Shown here piece by piece: positions 19,833 through 30,118 of a stretch of 55,616 nt of DNA. Made by a program: the position numbers and the translations under genes. The notes below the pieces were generated by a model that saw only the letters and a program-made list of their open reading frames with translations, had not been told where the DNA came from and made no database searches. Location of the stretch: positions 1-55,616 of the forward strand of contig JAJRUD010000116.1 in NCBI GenBank assembly GCA_024277995.1, read 5' to 3'. Positions within the stretch are counted from its first letter, which is position 1. Every line of letters starts with the position of its first letter. This stretch comes from Chloroflexota bacterium (GTDB lineage: Bacteria; Chloroflexota; Anaerolineae; Anaerolineales; E44-bin32).

Positions 19833-21392
19833 TTATAGCACAGCCGCGGCTGCAAGGAGATCGCCGCGCCGGATGAGTGCATCCACCGCGGCCAGTTCGG
19901 ACGTCAAGACGTGGTCGTGATCCTGCATCGGCGCCACGGAGCAGATGAGATCGAAAGCCGGCGTTGTCCCTTTGCCTAGCTGCGCCTCTGGGACCTGACG
20001 CAGGCGCAGTTGCAGGGCGCGGGCGGCGCATAGGAGCTCAATGGACAGGATTTGATGCAGGTTCTGCAGGAGGAGCCGCAAGTGGCGGGCTGCGGTGGTG
20101 GCGTTGGCGTTGTGGTCCTCCTGGCCTGCGGATGTGGGGAGCGAGTGGATCGAGTCGGGCGAGGCAAGGGATTTGTTCTCCAGCACCAGCGAGGCGGCGG
20201 TGTACTGCAACATCATCAGGCCAGATTCAAGGCCTGCGTGTTCGGCATCGGGGACCAGCATAGGCGGCAGGCCGCCGCTGGTGTGACCCGATAGCAGGCG
20301 GTAGATCCTGCGCTCCGCGATGGCACCGACCTCGGCCAGGGCGATCTTGAGATGATCGCAGGCCAGGCCGATGGGCTCGCCATGAAAGTTGCCTCCGGAG
20401 AGCACATCCTCGCCGAAGATGAGAGGATTGTCGGTGACGGCGTTGATCTCGCGCGCCGCGACTTGGCGCACGAAGTCCAGGATCTCCAGGGCCGGCCCGA
20501 GCACCTGGGGCGTGCAGCGCAGGCTGTAGGCGTCCTGGACGCGTCCTGCCCGGTCCATGAGCGTGCTGCCGGCGAGAAGCTGGCGCAGTTGCGCCGCGAC
20601 CTGCATCTGGCCGGGGTGCAGGCGGGCGGCGTGGATGCGTTCGTCCAGGGCGGCGGAGACCCCCATCAGGGCCTCGATGGACATGGCCGCGGCCAGTTGG
20701 GCGACGCGGAGCAGCGGTGTGGCCTCCTGGATGGAGAGGGCCAGCAGCGCGGTGGCGAAGGTGGCCCCGTTGGTCAGAGCAAGCCCCTCTTTGGGGGCGA
20801 GCACAATGCGCGCCAGCCCGGCGCGCTGCATCGCCTCTGTGCCCGAGAGCCGTTCGCCCGCGTGCCAGGCCTCGCCTGAGGCGGAAGTGTCCTCACCCTC
20901 GGGGTCCTTGCTCAGGACCAGGGCCAGGTGAGCCAGAGGGGCGAGGTCGCCGCTGGAGCCGAGCGATCCCTGGGATGGGATCACGGGAACGACGTCTCGT
21001 CGCAGCATCTCCACGAGGGTCTCGATCAGGACGGGGCGCACCCCCGAGTTGCCGTGGGCCAGGGTGTTGGCGCGGATGAGGATGGCCGCCCGCACCACGT
21101 CGGGGGGGAAAGGAGAGCCCGTGCCGACCGCGTGGCTGAGCACGAGATTGCGCGAGAGGCGAGCGGCCTGAGCCGCGTCGATGCGGCGGTCGACAAAGAC
21201 GCCAAAGCCGGTGTTGATGCCGTAGTAGCTCTCGGGTGCGTCGACCAGATGTCGAACCAACTCGTGGTTCGACGCGATGCGTTGCCTGGCCTGCGGATCG
21301 AGGAAGGGGACGGCGCGGCCATGGGCCACGGCTTCGACGTCTTCCAGGGTGAGTGAGCGGCCATCAAGCTTCAGGGTTCTGAGGTTTTCCAT
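19833..21392 (-). CDS. hutH: Histidine ammonia-lyase (MIO enzyme, Ser-Ser-Gly motif)
   Basis: YGINTGFG, LVLSHAVG (HAL-type SH), GSLGSSGDLAPL, KEGLALTNG, QDAYSLRC, GGNFHG, QEDH. Confidence 0.9.
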   Translation of the reverse strand: MENLRTLKLDGRSLTLEDVEAVAHGRAVPFLDPQARQRIASNHELVRHLVDAPESYYGINTGFGVFVDRRIDAAQAARLSRNLVLSHAVGTGSPFPPDVVRAAILIRANTLAHGNSGVRPVLIETLVEMLRRDVVPVIPSQGSLGSSGDLAPLAHLALVLSKDPEGEDTSASGEAWHAGERLSGTEAMQRAGLARIVLAPKEGLALTNGATFATALLALSIQEATPLLRVAQLAAAMSIEALMGVSAALDERIHAARLHPGQMQVAAQLRQLLAGSTLMDRAGRVQDAYSLRCTPQVLGPALEILDFVRQVAAREINAVTDNPLIFGEDVLSGGNFHGEPIGLACDHLKIALAEVGAIAERRIYRLLSGHTSGGLPPMLVPDAEHAGLESGLMMLQYTAASLVLENKSLASPDSIHSLPTSAGQEDHNANATTAARHLRLLLQNLHQILSIELLCAARALQLRLRQVPEAQLGKGTTPAFDLICSVAPMQDHDHVLTSELAAVDALIRRGDLLAAAAVL

Positions 21393-21566
21393 GAACCATC
21401 CTCAGCTCGGACTTCGCGGGTGGAGAGAAGCGCTGGCACAGAGCCATGTCCTGTTCACACGAGCGACATACCGGCTGGAAGTATAGCATGCGCGGGTCGG
21501 GCTCTAAACGGCGCGCCTCATGGTATGCTATGGTGCGCAAGGCAGTCAGCGACGCATTAAGGTCTG

Positions 21567-23135
21567 ATGACCGCGATTCCTGTCCTCATCCTTTTGCTGG
21601 GCGCCGTCGCCCTTTGGGGCATGAATTCGAGATCGGAACGGGTGCTGTGGGCCGTTGCAGCGATGACGGGCGCCACGGCTTGGACATCCGCTTTGATCTT
21701 ATCGTTGCGGATTCCCTTGGAGTGGCGCTTCTCAACCTGGCGCCCCTCAACGCTCTTCGTCTCCAGACTGAGCCTCTCCCTGGATGCCATCAGTTGGCCG
21801 TTGGTCGTGGCTGCCCTCACGTGTACGCTGGCGGTGCTGCTCGCTGCACCTGCCTTGTACGGGAGCGGGCTGCGGCGGGCGCGCCCCTACATCCTGCTGT
21901 ACAGCGCGCTGTCGGTGGCGGCGCTGGAGGCAGCCAACATCCTTACGGTGATCGTCACCTGGACGCTGATCGATCTGGCAGCGTTGCTCTTCATCCTGTC
22001 GGGGAGCGAGGATAAAAGGGATGTCAAGCGGCTTTATCAGAGAGCGGGGATTGATCTGGCAGGGATGCTGCTTCTGCTGGCGGCCAGGTTGTTTGCCCCC
22101 TCGGGCGAGTTCGACGCACTCGGAGGGGCCTCTATCGAGAGCGGGCTCCCGGCATCGTTGCTGGCGATCGGTGTGCTCATTCGTCTGGGGATCTTGCCGT
22201 TGCATTTCGTGCTGCCTCCGTTGAGCGGAGAGCGGCGCGGGGTCGGAACCTTGTTGCGCCTCTTCCCGCCGGTCGTAAGCCTGGCGGTCCTGGCGCGCGT
22301 GATGGCGGCAGGGATTCCGGCTGATCTGGCGCCCTGGCTTCAAGTCGCCGGCTTTCTGGGGATGCTGGCAGGCGGATTGCGATGGGTTCTGGCCAGGGAC
22401 GTCATTCGGGCGAGACCCTACATGGTGCTCACCGTGACTGGAACCGGGCTGTGGGTGGCGGCGGGCCTGACGCAAGGTGCGGCGCCGGTGCTGGTGGCGG
22501 CATTGGTTGTGCTGCTGCTGGGAGGGGTCACGATATCCCTCGCTGAACGCTACGAGCGATGGCATGCGGCGTTCCCGATGCTGGCGGCGTTGCTCTTCGC
22601 AGGCGTCCCCTTCTCGCCTGGCGCAATCATCCTCGAGAGCGCCTTCTCCGCGCGAGGGCCGGGCCCAGGGCTGATGTGGATGCCGACTGCGTTGTTGGGG
22701 ATGGCTGCAATGGCCGCCGGCGCGCTGTCTGGGCTGGGAGAGCGCAAGGTGCATTGGAATGCTGGAGAACGATTGGCGCGATGGGCTTACGCGGCAGGGG
22801 CCTTGCTTCCGACGTCGATCGCGGTCTTGCTGGCGCCGCGCTTCGCCGCAGGGGCATCAATGCAGGGTGGCCTGGGTTTTTCGGTTGTGGCCCTTGTGGC
22901 GTCGGGATTCTGGTGGTGGCGCCGTCGCCTGATGGAAACGGCGGCTCTACGTCTGGAGCGGATGAGCCGTTGGCTAGATTTCGGACCACTGTATCGGTTC
23001 GCGGCTGCGATCTGGCGGGGGCTGTTGCGAGTGCTGAATGGAGTAGCCATCACTCTGGAGGGTAAGGCAGGCCTGTTGTGGGTATATCTGGTCTTGCTGC
23101 TCTTGCTGCTCGCCGTCCCACGAGGTGGGGCGTGA
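21567..23135 (+). CDS. Proton-conducting antiporter-like membrane subunit (NuoL/M/N-MrpA/D-HyfB family), degenerate
   Basis: Many TM helices; LDAISWPL, EAANILT, RLGILPLH, AGVPFSPG. Confidence 0.7.
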   Translation: MTAIPVLILLLGAVALWGMNSRSERVLWAVAAMTGATAWTSALILSLRIPLEWRFSTWRPSTLFVSRLSLSLDAISWPLVVAALTCTLAVLLAAPALYGSGLRRARPYILLYSALSVAALEAANILTVIVTWTLIDLAALLFILSGSEDKRDVKRLYQRAGIDLAGMLLLLAARLFAPSGEFDALGGASIESGLPASLLAIGVLIRLGILPLHFVLPPLSGERRGVGTLLRLFPPVVSLAVLARVMAAGIPADLAPWLQVAGFLGMLAGGLRWVLARDVIRARPYMVLTVTGTGLWVAAGLTQGAAPVLVAALVVLLLGGVTISLAERYERWHAAFPMLAALLFAGVPFSPGAIILESAFSARGPGPGLMWMPTALLGMAAMAAGALSGLGERKVHWNAGERLARWAYAAGALLPTSIAVLLAPRFAAGASMQGGLGFSVVALVASGFWWWRRRLMETAALRLERMSRWLDFGPLYRFAAAIWRGLLRVLNGVAITLEGKAGLLWVYLVLLLLLLAVPRGGA

Positions 23136-23737
23136 GCGTGCCGCCTGCTGTGGGGCAAATCGCGCTGACGGTGCTGCTGGTCGCTGCAGCAGGGGTCGTG
23201 CTGTCGGAAAACAGGCGCATGATAATCCTGTCATTGGGGGCGCAATATGTCGCAACGGCCGGGCTGGCGAGCATGAGCATAGGGGGCGGTATCGCCTCTG
23301 TGAAGGTCGTCGCAGGACTATCGGCGACCGCCATCATCGCGCTCAGCTATTGGACGGAGAGCTTCGAGAGGGTCGAGGGCAGCCTATTGGGATCGCCGAT
23401 AGGGCGGCCCTTCAAAGCGATGGCCCTGGCGCTCGTCTGGGTGGCAGCGTGGGGATTGACCAGAGAGGGAATGCCCGGGATTCCGCAACTGGACGGAGCA
23501 GCAGCGATTGGGGCTGCCTTGTTGGCGATGTCGGGGCTGCTGCAGATCGGGTTGTTTGAGGATCCATTGCGCGCCGGAGTCGGAATCGCGGCTCTGCTAT
23601 CGGGATTTGAGATCGCCTACGTTGCCATGGAGCAATCGTTGGCGGTCCTCGCTCTGCTGGCAGGGGTGCACCTGGGATTGGCGATGGTGGTGGTCTATCT
23701 TCATGGCCTGGAAGCGCAGGCGCGAGGGACGGCATAG
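23132..23737 (+). CDS. Small multi-TM membrane protein (HyfE-like position in operon)
   Basis: GTGA overlap with the upstream stop; about 6 TM segments. Confidence 0.65.
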   Translation: MSVPPAVGQIALTVLLVAAAGVVLSENRRMIILSLGAQYVATAGLASMSIGGGIASVKVVAGLSATAIIALSYWTESFERVEGSLLGSPIGRPFKAMALALVWVAAWGLTREGMPGIPQLDGAAAIGAALLAMSGLLQIGLFEDPLRAGVGIAALLSGFEIAYVAMEQSLAVLALLAGVHLGLAMVVVYLHGLEAQARGTA

Positions 23738-23738
23738 G

Positions 23739-25139
23739 ATGAATGCTCCCCTGGCGGTCTTCGTGATCCTGGGTGCAGGGGCGCTGGGTGCATTCCTGAG
23801 CCAGACGCACGAGCGATGGGCGTGTGGGGCTGCCGCGCTGAGCGCGCTGAGCGCCGGCGTCGTGGCCATTGCGATTCCCCTCGATGAGCCGATGCAATTG
23901 TGGCGTTTCAGCATCAAGATCGATGCCGCCTGGCGGGTATTGGGCCGCACCTTCGCCATGGACGCTGCAAATCAGGCGATGGTGGGCTTCTTGCTGCTCG
24001 CGGGCGGGTACGTCCTGGGGGGCGCGTGGATAGCTCGTGCCGGGAAGCTGATGCCCTCGGCGGGTCTGCTTGTGCTGGCGGGTCTGGCCGGTGCGCTTCT
24101 CATTCGGCCCTTTCTGTTTGCGGCGTTGTTCATCGTGATGGCAGCGCTGGGCGCAGGGCTGATCCTGGCCAATCAGAGAGAACCCGGGAACCAGAGGGCC
24201 GCGCTGCGCATGATAGGGTTATCAGTGCTCGCCGGCCTGGCCTTGCTGATAGCCGGATGGTTCCTCGATATGGGCCCGCTGCCATCCGGCGAGGCGGAGA
24301 CAGCGCGGCGGGTGACCATGCTCCTCATCCTGGGCTTTGCGGTGTTGGTCGCCATTCCTCCCTTTCACATCTGGCTGGCCAACGCAGGAGACGAATCACA
24401 TCCCTATGGGTTCGTCTTTGTGGTGATCGCCTTCCAGAGCGTCGGGATATTCCTCATGCTGCGCTTCTTGAATCAATACCCCTGGCTCAGGGAAAACAAG
24501 GTCCTGTTCGAGTGGATGACCTGGGTCGGGGCAGGGGTGATCTTGCTGGGAAGTGGATGGGCCCTGAGCGCGCGCGGGACGGGCAAGGCCGTGGCCTACT
24601 TGCTGGTGGCGTATATCGGGGCCGTGCTGCTGGCCGTGAGCAGGAACGCCGAGGCCGGGTATCAACTGGCATTCGCCATCACCGCCGTGCGGGTGTTCAG
24701 TCTGGCGGTCTGGGCCCTTGGAACCTCTGTTCTCGCCACGGAACGTAGAGAGTTCGCTGTTGAAGATGATGCCAGGGGATCAGCGGGACCGCTGGCCAGC
24801 GCGGCGATGATAGTTGGTGTGCTCTCCCTGGGAGGCTTCCCGTTGACGGCGGGTTTCCCAGCGCGTTGGGCACTGCTGGAGCTATTCGCCGAATCAGGAA
24901 CGGGGGCGATCTCGGGACTGGCCTTGATCATGCCCACCGCAGTCGCGACGGCCATCGCGCTGCGCCTGGCGGAAAGGGCCATCGGCGGGTGGGAGGCTGG
25001 TCGGCATGAGTCGATCGGCGTGCGAATTTTCCTCAGCGTCGGCATCCTCACCTGCATCCTGCAAGGTGTGTTTCCGCAAATGATCTTTCCGTGGATAACC
25101 GATGTGGTGCGTGGCCTCAGCAATCTGTTTCCGGGATGA
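23739..25139 (+). CDS. Second antiporter-like membrane subunit (NuoN/HyfB/F-like), degenerate
   Basis: IPPFHIWL, SLGGFPLTAGFPARW, GVFPQ; starts 1 nt after the previous stop. Confidence 0.75.
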   Translation: MNAPLAVFVILGAGALGAFLSQTHERWACGAAALSALSAGVVAIAIPLDEPMQLWRFSIKIDAAWRVLGRTFAMDAANQAMVGFLLLAGGYVLGGAWIARAGKLMPSAGLLVLAGLAGALLIRPFLFAALFIVMAALGAGLILANQREPGNQRAALRMIGLSVLAGLALLIAGWFLDMGPLPSGEAETARRVTMLLILGFAVLVAIPPFHIWLANAGDESHPYGFVFVVIAFQSVGIFLMLRFLNQYPWLRENKVLFEWMTWVGAGVILLGSGWALSARGTGKAVAYLLVAYIGAVLLAVSRNAEAGYQLAFAITAVRVFSLAVWALGTSVLATERREFAVEDDARGSAGPLASAAMIVGVLSLGGFPLTAGFPARWALLELFAESGTGAISGLALIMPTAVATAIALRLAERAIGGWEAGRHESIGVRIFLSVGILTCILQGVFPQMIFPWITDVVRGLSNLFPG

Positions 25140-25258
25140 ACGCGACCTGCGTCTCAGGTATACTATCAGCCCTCAGGAAAGCAGTGTGTGATATGGCAGA
25201 AGGGGAGTGCCTGCAGGGGCTCCATCAATGGACCTCTATCCCCATGGAGGGGTGATCT

Positions 25259-26440
25259 ATGGCTGAGCGATTGGACAAGCGAGTAGAGTGGCTCGACGAA
25301 CAGCGAAGGAAAGACGCTGAGTTGATCGCCAGGCTGAGCGAACGGGTGGAGTCGCTCGAGGATGGCATAAGGGTGCAGTCCAAGCAACTGGGGGATCTGT
25401 CGGGCGAGCTGGCCAGGATCGCTGGAGCGCTGGGTCGTCTGAGGGAGTTCGACGAAGCGCTCAACAAGCATCGCCAGGAGATATCCCGGCAGTTGAGCTC
25501 GCTGGAGGAGCGCATCCAGAAACGCGAGGCGCAGCGCGAAGAAAACCAACGGCGGGAGCTGGAAGAGCTATCGAAACGTCTAGCAGAGCTGAAGGAAAGC
25601 CAGCGGGACCTGCGTGAGTTGCGCCAGGCATTTGATGGGCGCATGGAGGAGGAGATCCGTCTGACGCGTGAGCTGGATGCGCTCGCCAAGCGCGTGGATG
25701 AGATTCGGTCGGGCGAGGAGGGGCATGGCAGGGAGATCGCCAGCCTGCAAGAATCGCATGGACAGAGCTTGCGGCGGGTCGCGGAGCTGCAGGGAGAAAC
25801 ATCCGAGATCAGGAAAAGGGTGGATGAACTGCGCGGCACCCTGGATACCGATCAGGATCGCATCCGGCGTGTGGAAACGAAATTATCGGAACTTGAGGCG
25901 AGCGAGGCAGGAAGGCGCGAGGCGCAGGCGCTGTGGATCGAACAACAGGGCATGCGCCTGGTCGAATTCGAAAAGGCCTGGAAGGCCTGGGAGGAGCGTT
26001 TCGTCGAGTTTGAGCGGCGGGGACAGGAGATCGACGAACGCATGCTGACCTACGACGAGACCTTCCGCAACGTGCGGACATTGCAGCAAGAGCTCGGGTC
26101 GGTCATTGAGCGCCTCGAGCGGCGCATCAATGAGGTGGGCGAGATGCACCGTCTGGCGCAGGAACGCATCAAGCTGGATTGGGCGGCCTTTCAGGCTGAT
26201 GACCAAAAGCGCTGGAACACCTACAAGCTCACTTCTGACGAGCAGTGGCGCGACCACACGCGCCAGCACAAGAAGATCGCCTCCCGTCTCGACGCTGTGG
26301 AAGAGACAATGAGCGACGTCACGCGCGACCTGGCGGAGCTGGGAGAAAGCGCCAAGCAGCGCATTACCGACCTGCTCGCCGTGGTCCAGGAATGGGTGGC
26401 TGAGGCGGAAAGTCGGGCGTCCACACCCTCAGGTGGATAG
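25259..26440 (+). CDS. Long coiled-coil protein, function unknown
   Basis: 393 aa E/R/L-rich heptad pattern; GGAGG RBS. Confidence 0.8.
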   Translation: MAERLDKRVEWLDEQRRKDAELIARLSERVESLEDGIRVQSKQLGDLSGELARIAGALGRLREFDEALNKHRQEISRQLSSLEERIQKREAQREENQRRELEELSKRLAELKESQRDLRELRQAFDGRMEEEIRLTRELDALAKRVDEIRSGEEGHGREIASLQESHGQSLRRVAELQGETSEIRKRVDELRGTLDTDQDRIRRVETKLSELEASEAGRREAQALWIEQQGMRLVEFEKAWKAWEERFVEFERRGQEIDERMLTYDETFRNVRTLQQELGSVIERLERRINEVGEMHRLAQERIKLDWAAFQADDQKRWNTYKLTSDEQWRDHTRQHKKIASRLDAVEETMSDVTRDLAELGESAKQRITDLLAVVQEWVAEAESRASTPSGG

Positions 26441-26447
26441 GGCCGGC

Positions 26448-28361
26448 ATGCGCGTATTGGGGACTGCGGGACACGTCGATCATGGGAAGTCAACCCTGGT
26501 GAGGGCGCTCACGGGGATAGACCCGGATCGCCTGAGAGAGGAAAAAGAACGCCAGATGACCATCGATCTGGGCTTCGCCTGGATGAGCCTCCCCGATGGT
26601 GAATCCGTTGGCATTGTCGACGTCCCCGGTCACCGGGACTTTATCGAGAATATGCTGGCCGGGGTGGGGGGTATCGATGCTGCGCTTATGGTGGTGGCAG
26701 CCGACGAGGGGGTCATGCCCCAGACGCGCGAGCATCTCGCCATCCTGGACTTGCTGGAAATCCCACGCGCTGTGATCGTGCTGACGAAGGTCGACCTGGT
26801 GACGGATGAGGAGTGGCTGGGTCTGGTCGAGGAGGAAGTGAGGGGCCTGCTGGCGCCGACGCGCTATGCGCAGGCGCCGGTGCTGCCTGTATCGGCGGAG
26901 ACGGGAGAGGGGCTGGAGGCGTTGATTGCGACGATCAGCGCCATGTTGAGGGAGAGCCCGCCCAGGCCGGATAAGGGGCGGCCGCGACTTCCGGTGGATC
27001 GATCTTTTACCATCTCCGGATTTGGCACCGTAGTGACGGGAACGCTGATGGATGGATCGTTAGAGACGGGGCAAGAGGTCGAAATCCTGCCGGATGGGGT
27101 CGGCGCCCGAGTGCGAGGTCTTCAGACGCACAAGAAGAAAGTGCAGCGGGCTGTGCCCGGCAGCCGACTGGCAGCAAACCTGAGTGGGGTAGATGCGCGT
27201 CAGATCGTGCGCGGCGACGTGGTGGTGCTGCCCGGAACGTATGAGGCAACGCGCCTGATAGACGTCCGCTTCCGCATGCTGGCCGCGGCCGACAAGCCGC
27301 TGAGGCACAACCAGGAGGCCAAGCTCTTCGTCGGTTCGGCGCAGAGAATGGTGCGAGTGCGGGTGCTGGGCGCTGATGAGCTTGTGCCTGGTCAAGAGGG
27401 GTGGCTGCAACTCGCGATGCGTGAGCCGGTGGTCGTGGCGCGCGGCGATCACTTCATTCTGCGCAGGCCTTCGCCGGGTGAGACGCTGGGGGGCGGCAGG
27501 GTGGCTGAGCCGCATCCGCGCCGCAGGCATCGGCGCTTTGATGGTGCGACATTGCAGCGCCTGGAGTACCTGCTACAAGGGACCGCAGCGCAGGTGTTGG
27601 CACAGGCGCTCATCCAGGCGGGGGCCTCTCCCGTCAGCAAGGTGGTGGCCAATGCCTCCATTGAGACTGAGCAGGCGCGCGAGGCACTTAGGGCACTGCA
27701 GGAGCAGGGGGAATTGATGATCCTGGGAGAGGGCGGGCTGGATCCGACGGCTGACACGCTGGTGATCCATCGGGACACTTGGGAGCGATTGATAGAGAAA
27801 GCACACCGCGCGCTGCAGGCATATCACACAGAGCATCCGATCCGCTCCGGTATGCCGCGCGAGGAGTTGAAAAGCCGCCTTGGTTTGGATGGGCGGGTGT
27901 TCAGCTCCTTCATGGAGAGGGTGGTCGAGCAGGGGGAACTGCTTGAGCGAGGCCACCGCGTTGCCCATCCAGCCCACGAGATCAACCTGACCGCGAAGCA
28001 ACGCGCCAAGATCGATGGGCTCATGGGACGATTTCGCGCCAGCCCATTTTCGCCGCCGACAATTAAGGATTGCCGAGAGCTGATAGGCGATGAGCTGGTG
28101 GCGCACCTGATCGAAACCGGCAAGCTGGTGCAGGTATCACCGGAAGTTGTCTTCACGGAGCAGGCCTATCGCGAAATGGTGCAGCGCATTCGCGAGGTGC
28201 TGGAAACAAAAGACACCGTCACCATCGCCGAGGCGCGCGATCTGTTCGGGACCTCGCGGAAGTACGTTCTGCCATTGCTGGAGCATCTGGATGCCGCCGG
28301 TGTGACTGTGCGAGACGGGGATCACCGCAGGCTGGCGAAGGGGCACAAGAGGGCGGAGTAG
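26448..28361 (+). CDS. selB: Selenocysteine-specific translation elongation factor
   Basis: [28 protein letters not shown]; C-terminal winged-helix motif [19 protein letters not shown]. Confidence 0.96.
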   Translation: MRVLGTAGHVDHGKSTLVRALTGIDPDRLREEKERQMTIDLGFAWMSLPDGESVGIVDVPGHRDFIENMLAGVGGIDAALMVVAADEGVMPQTREHLAILDLLEIPRAVIVLTKVDLVTDEEWLGLVEEEVRGLLAPTRYAQAPVLPVSAETGEGLEALIATISAMLRESPPRPDKGRPRLPVDRSFTISGFGTVVTGTLMDGSLETGQEVEILPDGVGARVRGLQTHKKKVQRAVPGSRLAANLSGVDARQIVRGDVVVLPGTYEATRLIDVRFRMLAAADKPLRHNQEAKLFVGSAQRMVRVRVLGADELVPGQEGWLQLAMREPVVVARGDHFILRRPSPGETLGGGRVAEPHPRRRHRRFDGATLQRLEYLLQGTAAQVLAQALIQAGASPVSKVVANASIETEQAREALRALQEQGELMILGEGGLDPTADTLVIHRDTWERLIEKAHRALQAYHTEHPIRSGMPREELKSRLGLDGRVFSSFMERVVEQGELLERGHRVAHPAHEINLTAKQRAKIDGLMGRFRASPFSPPTIKDCRELIGDELVAHLIETGKLVQVSPEVVFTEQAYREMVQRIREVLETKDTVTIAEARDLFGTSRKYVLPLLEHLDAAGVTVRDGDHRRLAKGHKRAE

Positions 28362-28468
28362 GAATAGGTCGTCAGCGCGTGACAGGGGCTGGGAGCTCAA
28401 GCGGTCCATCAGGCGCGGAAGAGCACAGGTTCACCAGGGAGACATGAGAGAAAGCCCCCCGATGGCGG

Positions 28469-30070
28469 CTAGAAGGAGCGAAACCTCCAGAGGCCGCCGA
28501 CCATGACCCCAACCGGCGCGATCTGCCATAGAGAGTGCGGCTGCACCCGGAAGGGATCAACCTCCAATACGATGAGGTCGGCCAGATACCCCGTCTGCAG
28601 TCTGCCGCTGATAGATTCGAGGCCGGCGGCGTATGCGGGCCCCTGCGTATAGGCATAAAGGGCCGCGTTCAACCCCAACCGCTGCTGGGGGATCCAGCCA
28701 CCTGCGGAGGGGGAACCGTCATGGCGCCTGCGCGTGACGGCGGCGTGAATCCCCCAGAAGGGGTTGGGGTCCTCAACGGGCGCGTCGGATCCGAAGGCGA
28801 TATGCGTCCCATGCTGGAGCAGGCTGTCCCATGCATAAGCGAAGCGGGTGCGCTTCCCCCAGGCCGGGATGGCCATCGGCATGTCCGATGTTGCGTGGAT
28901 CGGCTGCATGGAGGCGATGATGCCCAATTCGGCCAGCGCGCCCATGTCCTCTGGGTGCAGCAACTGAACGTGCTCGATGCGGTGGCGGAGAGGGGGCAGG
29001 TCCTGCTGGGTCTCCAACCTTCGCAGCCTGCGGAACGCGTTCAGAACTTCGCGATTGGCGCGGTCTCCGATGGCGTGGATCGCCATCGCCAGGCCGGCGC
29101 GAGCCGCTTCGTGGGCCAGCTCGAACAACTCGGCAGAACTCTTGAGCAGGGCGCCGCTGTTGTCCGGCTGATCGTCGTAAGGATCAATCATGGCGGCGGT
29201 GCGCGGACCGAGGGCGCCGTCCGCGAAGACCTTCACGTTGCCGAGGCGCAGCCACTCATCGCCGAACCCGGTCTGCAGGCCGAGCGCAAGGGCGTGCTGC
29301 AGACGAGCGAGCGGGATGTTCGCCAGCACGCGTATGGATAGGGCGTCCCGGGCCTTGAGGGATTGCAGCGCCCGCAGGCAGCGCGGACCGTCGAAATCGT
29401 GGACGCCCGTCAGGCCCATGCGCAGCAATCTGTGCTGTGCATGATCGATGGCCTGCACCAGGGCCTCGTGGTCCGGGTGGGGAATATGGCGCGCGACCAG
29501 CCGGCTGGCACCTTCGAGCAGTATGCCTGTCGGCGTGCCGGCGGCGTCGCGTTGGATGCGGCCGTCATCAGGATCGGGAGTGTTTCCATCGATGCCGGCG
29601 GCCTCGAGAGCAAGGGAATTGACCCAAGAAGCGTGCAGCGACTTCGCGCTGAGGAAGACGGGATGTTGCGGCGCCGCGCGATCGAGGTCTGCTCTCGTTC
29701 CATAGCGACCCCAGAGATTATGATCCCAACCATGCCCCAGGATCCAGCTTACAGGTGGAATCTGTGCGGCGCGCTCGGCGACGGCGTCCAGGCAGGCGTG
29801 CAGGTCAAGGCCCTGGCAATCGATCCTGGTCAGGCTGAGGGCGTACTGTTCGAGATGAATGTGCGCGTCGACCAGGCCCGGAAGCACGATCCTGCCTGCG
29901 AGGGAGACGACATGGGAGGGTGCCACATGATCGAGCAGTTGATCAGCAGTCTCACCGGCCGCGAGGATGCGGCCATCGCGCAAGGCCATCGTATGGACTA
30001 CGGGGGCAGCCGGATCGAGTGTGTAGATGCGACCGTCAGTGAGCAGGGTGACATCCTGGGCCATGGTCAT
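28469..30070 (-). CDS. Amidohydrolase 3 family (YtcJ-like)
   Basis: PGLVDAHIH, KVFADGALG, IHAIGDRAN, RIEHVQ, GSDAPV. Confidence 0.92.
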   Translation of the reverse strand: MTMAQDVTLLTDGRIYTLDPAAPVVHTMALRDGRILAAGETADQLLDHVAPSHVVSLAGRIVLPGLVDAHIHLEQYALSLTRIDCQGLDLHACLDAVAERAAQIPPVSWILGHGWDHNLWGRYGTRADLDRAAPQHPVFLSAKSLHASWVNSLALEAAGIDGNTPDPDDGRIQRDAAGTPTGILLEGASRLVARHIPHPDHEALVQAIDHAQHRLLRMGLTGVHDFDGPRCLRALQSLKARDALSIRVLANIPLARLQHALALGLQTGFGDEWLRLGNVKVFADGALGPRTAAMIDPYDDQPDNSGALLKSSAELFELAHEAARAGLAMAIHAIGDRANREVLNAFRRLRRLETQQDLPPLRHRIEHVQLLHPEDMGALAELGIIASMQPIHATSDMPMAIPAWGKRTRFAYAWDSLLQHGTHIAFGSDAPVEDPNPFWGIHAAVTRRRHDGSPSAGGWIPQQRLGLNAALYAYTQGPAYAAGLESISGRLQTGYLADLIVLEVDPFRVQPHSLWQIAPVGVMVGGLWRFRSF

Positions 30071-30118
30071 GGGTATCTCCCCGGGTGGAAACATGCTTCT
30101 GGGCCGCGAGAGCGCCGC

